A stretch of 64,000 bases of DNA from Microcoleus sp. GTDB lineage: Bacteria > Cyanobacteriota > Cyanobacteriia > Cyanobacteriales > Microcoleaceae. The stretch covers positions 64,001 through 128,000 of the forward strand of contig JAYFMW010000007.1 in NCBI GenBank assembly GCA_042408215.1, given 5' to 3'. Positions within the stretch are counted from its first letter, which is position 1, and each line of letters begins with the position of its first letter. Of this stretch, positions 56,615 to 64,000 are shown in pieces. Under the pieces are notes generated by a model. That model worked only from the letters and a program-made list of their open reading frames with translations, ran no database searches and was not told the origin of the DNA. Both the position numbers and the translations under genes were made by a program.

Positions 56615-57337
56615 ATGGAGAGAATAGATGCAGAAGAACTACTCAGACGGTACGCGGCTGGAGAAAGAGACTTTGCAGGCCTTGACCTAAGTGGAATTCT
56701 TTTGGGTAGACGTTACGCTGACGAGTTAATCAGGCGGTATCAAAGTGAAGAAAACACTCGAATTGGTGGAGTCAACCTGCGCGGTATAAATCTGAGTGGC
56801 GCTAATCTTGAAAAGGCTAACCTGGAAGCTGTTGATTTTATGGGAGCCAATTTGAGTGGAGCTAACTTGACTCGAGCTATATTGCAGGTGGCGAGGCTCA
56901 ATGAAGCTAACCTGAGCGGAGCTAACCTCAGAGAAGTTATCCTTAGCTCGGCTCGACTGCATCAAACTAACTTGAGTGGGGCTATTTTGGAAAGAGCAAT
57001 ATCCTATGATGCCGAATTCATAGGGACGATTCTGAAGCGAGCAAAGCTCAGGGGGGCTGGTTTGGAAACTTCTCGCTTTACTGGCGTTGACTTTACCAGT
57101 GCTGACTTAAGAGAGGTAGGTATGGGACCAGCTACCATTGAGCAATGCAACTTTACCAAAGCCAATTGGAATCGAGGGTGTATTCAACGGTGTACGTTTA
57201 TCGATTGCGATTTTACCAAGGCTAGCTTTAGCAAAGCCGGTGCAATAGAATCGAATTTTATTCGGTGTAATTTTACAGATACTAAATTGGAGAAAATGAA
57301 AATTTTTGATGCCTCTACAACAGATTCTATTTTTTAA
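56615..57337 (+). CDS. Pentapeptide repeat protein (facing copy A)
   Basis: EELLRRYAAGERDF N-cap; divergent from the other nine. Confidence 0.9.
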   Translation: MERIDAEELLRRYAAGERDFAGLDLSGILLGRRYADELIRRYQSEENTRIGGVNLRGINLSGANLEKANLEAVDFMGANLSGANLTRAILQVARLNEANLSGANLREVILSSARLHQTNLSGAILERAISYDAEFIGTILKRAKLRGAGLETSRFTGVDFTSADLREVGMGPATIEQCNFTKANWNRGCIQRCTFIDCDFTKASFSKAGAIESNFIRCNFTDTKLEKMKIFDASTTDSIF

Positions 57338-57351
57338 ATAGTTAGAGTGAT

Positions 57352-57383
57352 AGAGGGTCAATAAATGTTGGATTTGACCCTCT
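57352..57383. terminator. Hairpin between convergent genes
   Basis: agagggtca...tgaccctct. Confidence 0.55.
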
Positions 57384-57418
57384 GACTGACCTGGGGAATA
57401 AATCTCTAAATCATTCGT

Positions 57419-60400
57419 TTATGGCAAGCGCTCAAAGATTGTATTCTTAATCCGTTCTTTGCCTAAAGACTCTGGCAGATTAGACAAGAATTGGTATTGG
57501 GGAGATATACCTGGCAAATCTCCATTGAGCAAGTTTTCCAAGTTGTGGATCGATTGTTTTTGATACCCACTTCTTGCGTCGTTACCCAAATAGATACCAT
57601 AGTGAGCATACTGAGGGAGTTCGGTGTTTTTGTCTTTAGTCATAACTACTTTCCACAGACCGACTGGGAATTGGATGAGGGGATCTAAGTTTGAATTCTG
57701 CGAGATCCCCGTATAGGGACGCTGGCTGGGATTGTCGTAGTACCCATATCCCCCGGCAAACATATAGGTTTCTAGACCGCTTGAGTTAGGCGAATTAATT
57801 ACACCTCTGATTTGGCCTTCAATAGTCTCCCAAATTCCTCGATTGTTACTGCTCTCTTGAGGAAGTAAGTTCGTCGTTAAGAAAGTAGCATAAAGATCCT
57901 TAGCTGTCCTGCTTCTATCAGCAGCCGGAGCCATGTGACCCCGATCTATTCCGAGGATGGGAATGTAGTTCCCGTTGTCATCAATTTCAAAATCTACGTA
58001 CCCATCGGGATACCGATCGCCTTTTCGATTGTCTACTACTTGCCCATCTTTATCTTTGAGATAAAGCGCATCATAGTCACTATCTTTTACCGAATACCAG
58101 CTAGTTTTCACTAATTCCGGGTCTTGAGCAAAGCCCAAGAACGGCGGTCTTTTAATATCTCCTAACCACGTTTTATCTAATTTCCAACCAACCCAATTAA
58201 CGGTATTTTTGCTGCGGTTATAAGAAAGAGTGTATTGAGGCTTTTCAATCAAAAAGTTATTTTCAAACTGAAAATCGTTTCTGGCTTCAGTAGGATTCCC
58301 CCACTTCAGAACTTCACTCTTGAAGAATGCGTTGTCTATATACACAGGCTCCTCACCTTGCAATTCAAACGTGAGTTTGGCAACTTTACCTCTCAGGCTG
58401 GGAGGTACATCAATATGGAAAGTTTCAAAGCCAGATGAGCCGTAACCAATGGTATCCTTGTCATAGCCGTAATTGCCAGGTATATTAACCTCATATGTTT
58501 TGCGACTCCCATCTGGCTCTCGCTCTCTCAAGCTAGTTCTTGTGGCTTTCTCCGTTGTGGGTTCAGATTCTTCTAGCGAAATTTCTCCTATTTTTACATT
58601 TTCCGGCGAACCTACTTCCTCCAGATACACCTTGAGTCTTCCACCTTTGTTCAAAGATGACTCTGGAACGTGAATATCTAAACGCAATACTCCCCAATCC
58701 GGTACAACAAAGCGATTGTGCGTAATGCTCTCGCCCGCACCTAATTTTAGAGCATAATTGGGTTGATAATTTTGAGCTTGAGAGTTAATACCTAATAAGC
58801 TCAAGTAATTGGAAAAATTGGGAGATTGTTGAGCTATCTCATTCCACTCTACAAGGTTGTTGATAGGTGACACCAAAGTTGATGTGGCACTATTATGAAA
58901 AGACCACCCAGGAATTTCCTTAGAGATAGTATTCCGACCAAATTCTTCAGCCCCACTCTTATTCGGAATAAACTGGTCAAAATTGCCATTAAACAGAGTA
59001 GGAACCGCATAATCTCCCCGCATCCCAGCAGAAAGAGTATTATCAAAACTCACCGGAACGCGCCCAACAGAACTCAACGTCCGCTGCTCTTTACCTCCAC
59101 CCAAAACAGAATAAAACCAACCCTCACCAACCCCTTCACCATTGCCATTATCATACCAAGGTTTAGCAGCCGGGAAATTCGGATCGAACATTTCGGGTAA
59201 ACCCATTTTACCCAACATATCGTTAACTGCTTGAGGATTCTCAGAAGCCTCCACATGAGGATACTGAAGTTTTACTTCCTCCAGGTCTAAATCAACCGTC
59301 CCAGCATACCATCCAAATGCTCGCTTGTGCGTCCCTCCAATAACATCATCTTTTGTAAACCCAATCCGACTGTTTTCACGACCTGGTTCCCCCTGACGAG
59401 TACCGAGTAAAATCTCTCGGTCTGCTTGCCCTAAAGGATCGCCCTTAACTGTAGGAAAATTCAGTCCAGCGGGTTTCGGATTCTTATTCAACTCCTCTTG
59501 TGGAAGTAGACCCAAAGAACGACCATTAGGAGTAGCAGTCAAACCATTAGGATTAGCCACAGTCTGGTAATAGTTATCAGCAAAAGTCACATTATTCCAA
59601 ACCTGAACTTTTGGTTCGTAGAAATCGCTGAAATTTGTGCTGATAAAACCAGGTAATTGTAAATTCAAACTAGGTTGGTAGAAATCATGCGGGTCGATTG
59701 TTGTCATCTGGAGGTCTCGGTTAGCCATAGATGTTCCACCAGCTTGGGGGAAGAAAGTTCCTAAACGCTGTACGATTTCGCTATTGACAACAGTACCCCG
59801 ACTGAAACCCATGAAGTGCAGTGGCGAGTTGAACAAATTCCCCTGCTGGCGAATCAGCTTCCCTTGGCTATCGTACAACCGCTTTAATTGATTGCCTTCA
59901 TACTCTCCAACGCCACCCCCCAACGCCAGATCCAATTGCACCATTGAGGCAAACAAAGCATCAGCAGCGCCTTCGGAGAAGCCAACATCGGGAATAACTG
60001 ATTCTCTATCCAGCGACCACTCTGGCAGTAACACTAACGATTTATTCTGGTTAACATAGTTAGCCTGAATATTGTTAGTTAAAGTCCGAAAATAGTTAGT
60101 ATCTGTTGGTTGCAGTCCACCCGTTAAAGTTGTTAAAACTCCTCCATTTTTATCAATAGGAATCCAAGACCCGGTGGGTTTTTCGTAGCGCAAAATTAAC
60201 CCATCATTACCAGTTTTTGCAATACTGTCAGCTACCTCGTAGAAGGAGTCAGGAATTCCCCCTTGGCCGGGCAAAAGTGTAAAACCATGAGTCAACACGC
60301 TCACGCTGCTGAAAGGACTGTTGCTAACAGGAAGTAAAGTTTTAAACTGCCCCAAATCTTTGGTCACAGCGCCGCTATTGCTCACAGCTTCAACAGCAAA

Positions 60401-63400
60401 ATTGTAGTTCTGCCCCGCAGTAAGACTCCTCGGTAGCGTGAAGTTAGTGCTAGTATTTGCGGGGTCATTTAAAGGTTGATTAAGAGGTGTAATCCCGTCA
60501 TGGCCGTACCACTTGCCAGTATCTTTCTTCCAAGTCGCTGTCAGAATTCGGTTGGGATTGAAATCGTCATAACCGTTCCAAGGCTTGGAAAGAAGTTGAC
60601 GCTTTTGTGTTTCCGAGAATCCGGGAAGGAGTGCCGAATCCGATAAATTGACAACCTTATCCCAGGGCAATAAACCCTCCCCTTTATCGAAGGTACTGAC
60701 AAAAAGATTAACCTCTTTCACATCCTCCCAACCCGGAGCAAACTGCCATTGAAAAGTCGGAGTCAGGTCATTTGTAGTTGCACCAGGCCCCTTCAAATTC
60801 AGCCAGTCAGTCGGTGCAGAACTCAAATCCCGTAAATTGCCTCCAGTACCGACTGGTGCGCGTGTTGTCCCCGGCAGCACCCCATAAGTAAACTGATTAG
60901 CAGGTCGGTTCTCCTTAGTAATCCCATAATCAGCAGCAATACTAATAGCCGGATTTATATCATCAATAGGAACCCTTGTGAAATCAGCAGCAGTCACAGA
61001 CCTCGCCGTAGTAGCATTGAAGAAAGGAGACTTAACACCCCTGTCAAGACTATCAATTTTGAATTGACCAGGATTGTCCAGAGTTTTAATCATTTCCTCA
61101 ACATCGAAAGCATAAACGCTCCCAGCACTACTAGGAGCTGGGTAAGAAGAAAATAGGGATTTATTGTCATTCGATAGTACCAAATCGTTCGTCAGTCCCC
61201 CAGGAATCGGTCTGGTAGCAGCTACTAATTGAGGATTTGGCCCCAAGGGGTCTTTGATAATACCAATGTTGCTTCCAGAGCGCGGATCTGGCTCGAGAGC
61301 GACATTATCTCTATTGTTGCGACCTGCAACAAACGCATACCGCCCGTCACGCATTACCGTTACAGAAACTCCCTCGTTGACATCAAAGTAATCGTTAGCA
61401 GAACCCAGCGATAAATCTATGTAGCGGTTAGTGGCTGTAAAGTTAAGGGGGTCATCCGATGCGATCTCAAGCACCCCGTAGCCCTTACCGTCCGTAGTGG
61501 TGTTCCCACTAGTGAAAATCATCGCTTTGGGATTTGAGGTAGCCGTCAGCCCTGTAACTCCCAGCGGCCCTGTAGGTCCCAGCGGTCCTGCAACGGCTCC
61601 AATTTGCTCGTGCCATTTGCGAGGGTTAGAGTTAGGTTGGTTTGGTCGGTCTTTAGGGTCAATGTTGACCGCGTAAATGTAATTGTCGGACGCGGTAGCA
61701 AAAAGCTTGTGCCCGTCACTGCTAATTGCCAGATTACGCAGTTTGGTGGTGTTTGAGCCGAGGTTTATGGTTTTGATGACCTGATGGTACGTTGTTGAGA
61801 AGGGGTCGATGTCGAGGACGTAGATGTTGGGCCGATCGCGATCGGCAATGTAAGCATAATTATCCTTGGGGTCGATCGCGATCGCCCCCGGTAGAGCACC
61901 GGCAGGCAATGCAATGGGGTTGACACCTAGAATATCCGGCTGAGTATCTACCTGCCGCAAAACCATCGGATCTACCAAAACTACTTGACCTGATTGCCTT
62001 AAGGTCACGTAAGCCCGAGTGCCGTCGCTAGTTGTCGCGGTCGCCTCCGCCCAGCCACCCACAGGAATGCTTGACAGTAGCAAGTCACTGCTGCGAGCAG
62101 CTTCCACCACAGATTTGGGGTCCGTACCGTCCAAAACGGCCACCCGGTTAGCGCCGCCCAAGGCTGCAAAGACGTACTCGGCCCCCTCGGGCAACTGCAT
62201 GGAATTGCTGCTGTACTCCATTGCTTCGTACACCGGCGCCGTGCCGTTTTGTTCTACCAACTGATTTTGTTTCCGAGTCACAACGATGTGGGATGCCCCC
62301 AACGGCACGGTGTCGGGTACTCTCACCGCTACTTCATACTGATTGCCCCCGAGATTCCGGCTGCGGTTGGGCAATACCGTTCCCTCATACACGCGATTCC
62401 CAACCTGAAATTTCACAACCAAGTCCTCAAACCGACTGCCTTTGGAGTCGCTGGCATTATTGACTAAAATGTTGCCCCCCGTCAGAAATAAGAGGGGCTC
62501 ATTGTTCTCAAATTGCTGGTTGTTCTCATCCTTGAATTTCAGTTCAGCCTTTTGGAGGACAGGAGGTGTTGTGGGGTCAGAGGTAGTTGGGGCTGGCATA
62601 TTCAAAGCTGCCTTAAATGTGGCAGTACCGTCGTCGTTTCGCTGCACGCCCACCTCTGTGACTACGGGAAGTCCCACCTTGGGGATTGCTACTACCTGTA
62701 CTGAAGATATGTCGCGAGTTACTGTAAAGGCCGGGGTGGTAACGAATTTGTCCGGGTCGATTAACTGACCGATGTTTCCCAGGGGGTCAATGATGCCAAA
62801 AAATGCTAGGGGGAAGTTGTAGTTGAGGGTAAGCTGACCTTTGACTAAGGTGGCGCTGCCTGTCGGACTGGCGTAAACTACTGCGTATTCGCCCGGTCTG
62901 ACTACACCTGGATAGGGAGGAGACTGGGTGCGAATCTTGCCGTCATCTCCGACTATGCCTGATTCTTCTTGCAGCCAAATCGGATTCCAAGTGCCGGTTG
63001 CGTCAGGAATTGCTCCTTTTCGGAGGAAGTATGCTACAGTTCCTGGTGCTAATCCGGCTGGTGCTGGTATTGCTAACTGGGCGGGTATATTCAGGGAGTT
63101 ATCGCTAAAGTTTAAGTTGAAGGCTCCTGCAAATTCAAATCCCGGTGGTAGTGGTAGGGACAAGTTTTGTTGGTTGACTGGGGCAATGCTGACGGTTGCA
63201 TTCTGTTTGAGAGCGCCCGGAGGTATCATTACTGCTAGGGTTCCGTCGCTTGAGTTGATGATGCCACCGTCGGTTCCCAAGGCAGTCGTGCCGATTTTCG
63301 GTACTTCGACTCGAACTGGAATGGTGGCGGATGCGGTTCCGTGAATGGCTGTGACGGTGGCATCGCCAATGCCGACTGCTGTAATGGTGCCGTCGGGACT

Positions 63401-64000
63401 GACGTTGAGGATGTTGCTGTTGTTGCTAAAGTAGCGCGTACCTGTGCTGGCTGCGGTTAGGTTGGCTTCGGTGAAGTTGGAGTTTAAGCCGAGAGAGAGT
63501 TTCCGGGTTGCACCGGGTGTCAGGGAGACGGCATCTGGGTATGGGTCTAGTCCGTACATTTCGGCTAGTATCTGATGCAGTTGAGCGTCTGTTGTGGGTG
63601 CTGGCATTGTCCCAATTCGGATTGGGGTGACTGCTTGCAGGTTGTTGCGACTCGCGCTCAAAACTGAAGTGCCGTTGACCAAACCTGTCACTTTCCCCGT
63701 TGGATCAATTGGTGCTACTTCTGGATTGAAAGAAGTGTAAGTTAAATAAGAATCTGGCAGCACTACACCTTTTTGGTCGGCAAAATCTCCGAGCACAACT
63801 AATTCCGTATTTTCTCCTGCATTGAGGCTCGGATTTCGCTTCACAAAATCTAGATTCAGCAGCGGAACATCGCTGACGTTGACTGTCACCCGCGCGGGAG
63901 TTGAACTCCCAAAAGCGTCGCTGGCAAGGAAATCAAAGCTGGCAATTCCAGAGAAACCGGTTGCTGGTTTAAACGATGCTTTGTTAGTTAAGGGATTGAA
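57419..64000 (-). CDS. Copy A: giant multidomain protein with C-terminal NucA-like nuclease (5' end outside the window)
   Basis: Frame is open to base 64000; same domain order as B; WGNPT, EKPQYTLSYN, NWVGWKL, IDRGHMAP, TNLLPQ..NN. Confidence 0.88.
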   Translation of the reverse strand, partial: FNPLTNKASFKPATGFSGIASFDFLASDAFGSSTPARVTVNVSDVPLLNLDFVKRNPSLNAGENTELVVLGDFADQKGVVLPDSYLTYTSFNPEVAPIDPTGKVTGLVNGTSVLSASRNNLQAVTPIRIGTMPAPTTDAQLHQILAEMYGLDPYPDAVSLTPGATRKLSLGLNSNFTEANLTAASTGTRYFSNNSNILNVSPDGTITAVGIGDATVTAIHGTASATIPVRVEVPKIGTTALGTDGGIINSSDGTLAVMIPPGALKQNATVSIAPVNQQNLSLPLPPGFEFAGAFNLNFSDNSLNIPAQLAIPAPAGLAPGTVAYFLRKGAIPDATGTWNPIWLQEESGIVGDDGKIRTQSPPYPGVVRPGEYAVVYASPTGSATLVKGQLTLNYNFPLAFFGIIDPLGNIGQLIDPDKFVTTPAFTVTRDISSVQVVAIPKVGLPVVTEVGVQRNDDGTATFKAALNMPAPTTSDPTTPPVLQKAELKFKDENNQQFENNEPLLFLTGGNILVNNASDSKGSRFEDLVVKFQVGNRVYEGTVLPNRSRNLGGNQYEVAVRVPDTVPLGASHIVVTRKQNQLVEQNGTAPVYEAMEYSSNSMQLPEGAEYVFAALGGANRVAVLDGTDPKSVVEAARSSDLLLSSIPVGGWAEATATTSDGTRAYVTLRQSGQVVLVDPMVLRQVDTQPDILGVNPIALPAGALPGAIAIDPKDNYAYIADRDRPNIYVLDIDPFSTTYHQVIKTINLGSNTTKLRNLAISSDGHKLFATASDNYIYAVNIDPKDRPNQPNSNPRKWHEQIGAVAGPLGPTGPLGVTGLTATSNPKAMIFTSGNTTTDGKGYGVLEIASDDPLNFTATNRYIDLSLGSANDYFDVNEGVSVTVMRDGRYAFVAGRNNRDNVALEPDPRSGSNIGIIKDPLGPNPQLVAATRPIPGGLTNDLVLSNDNKSLFSSYPAPSSAGSVYAFDVEEMIKTLDNPGQFKIDSLDRGVKSPFFNATTARSVTAADFTRVPIDDINPAISIAADYGITKENRPANQFTYGVLPGTTRAPVGTGGNLRDLSSAPTDWLNLKGPGATTNDLTPTFQWQFAPGWEDVKEVNLFVSTFDKGEGLLPWDKVVNLSDSALLPGFSETQKRQLLSKPWNGYDDFNPNRILTATWKKDTGKWYGHDGITPLNQPLNDPANTSTNFTLPRSLTAGQNYNFAVEAVSNSGAVTKDLGQFKTLLPVSNSPFSSVSVLTHGFTLLPGQGGIPDSFYEVADSIAKTGNDGLILRYEKPTGSWIPIDKNGGVLTTLTGGLQPTDTNYFRTLTNNIQANYVNQNKSLVLLPEWSLDRESVIPDVGFSEGAADALFASMVQLDLALGGGVGEYEGNQLKRLYDSQGKLIRQQGNLFNSPLHFMGFSRGTVVNSEIVQRLGTFFPQAGGTSMANRDLQMTTIDPHDFYQPSLNLQLPGFISTNFSDFYEPKVQVWNNVTFADNYYQTVANPNGLTATPNGRSLGLLPQEELNKNPKPAGLNFPTVKGDPLGQADREILLGTRQGEPGRENSRIGFTKDDVIGGTHKRAFGWYAGTVDLDLEEVKLQYPHVEASENPQAVNDMLGKMGLPEMFDPNFPAAKPWYDNGNGEGVGEGWFYSVLGGGKEQRTLSSVGRVPVSFDNTLSAGMRGDYAVPTLFNGNFDQFIPNKSGAEEFGRNTISKEIPGWSFHNSATSTLVSPINNLVEWNEIAQQSPNFSNYLSLLGINSQAQNYQPNYALKLGAGESITHNRFVVPDWGVLRLDIHVPESSLNKGGRLKVYLEEVGSPENVKIGEISLEESEPTTEKATRTSLREREPDGSRKTYEVNIPGNYGYDKDTIGYGSSGFETFHIDVPPSLRGKVAKLTFELQGEEPVYIDNAFFKSEVLKWGNPTEARNDFQFENNFLIEKPQYTLSYNRSKNTVNWVGWKLDKTWLGDIKRPPFLGFAQDPELVKTSWYSVKDSDYDALYLKDKDGQVVDNRKGDRYPDGYVDFEIDDNGNYIPILGIDRGHMAPAADRSRTAKDLYATFLTTNLLPQESSNNRGIWETIEGQIRGVINSPNSSGLETYMFAGGYGYYDNPSQRPYTGISQNSNLDPLIQFPVGLWKVVMTKDKNTELPQYAHYGIYLGNDARSGYQKQSIHNLENLLNGDLPGISPQYQFLSNLPESLGKERIKNTIFERLP

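Noticed and set aside
32604..64000. Diversity-generating retroelement as the source of variation
   Set aside because: No reverse transcriptase in the window, and differences between copies are block-like with indels rather than adenine-specific

Overview
Cyanobacterial DNA, probably from an Oscillatoriales/Microcoleus-like organism (frequent HIP1 GCGATCGC sites, heptamer STRR repeats, PEP-CTERM protein). The left half (1-32.4 kb) is mostly core. It holds a C39-peptidase protein, a PEP-CTERM protein, and an NtcA/NtcB-type nitrate assimilation operon nirA-nrtABCD-narB, in which NirA carries a C-terminal ferredoxin and NrtD an unusual membrane/repeat/C-terminal extension. It continues with rbp, a PsiE-like gene, rimM, a NarL-type regulator, moeA, Uma2, cobO, a CHASE4/PAS kinase, an IscB-omegaRNA element and a group 2 sigma factor. 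The right half (32.5-64 kb) looks like a polymorphic toxin locus. Five minus-strand copies of a giant multidomain surface protein (Ig-like repeats, beta-propeller, alpha/beta-hydrolase, variable NucA-like nuclease tip) are present. Four are 5'-truncated cassettes and one runs off the window edge. Each is faced by one to three convergently transcribed pentapeptide-repeat genes (10 in total), whose subfamily co-varies with the nuclease type. The pentapeptide proteins are candidate DNA-mimic immunity proteins; this is inference, not tested.
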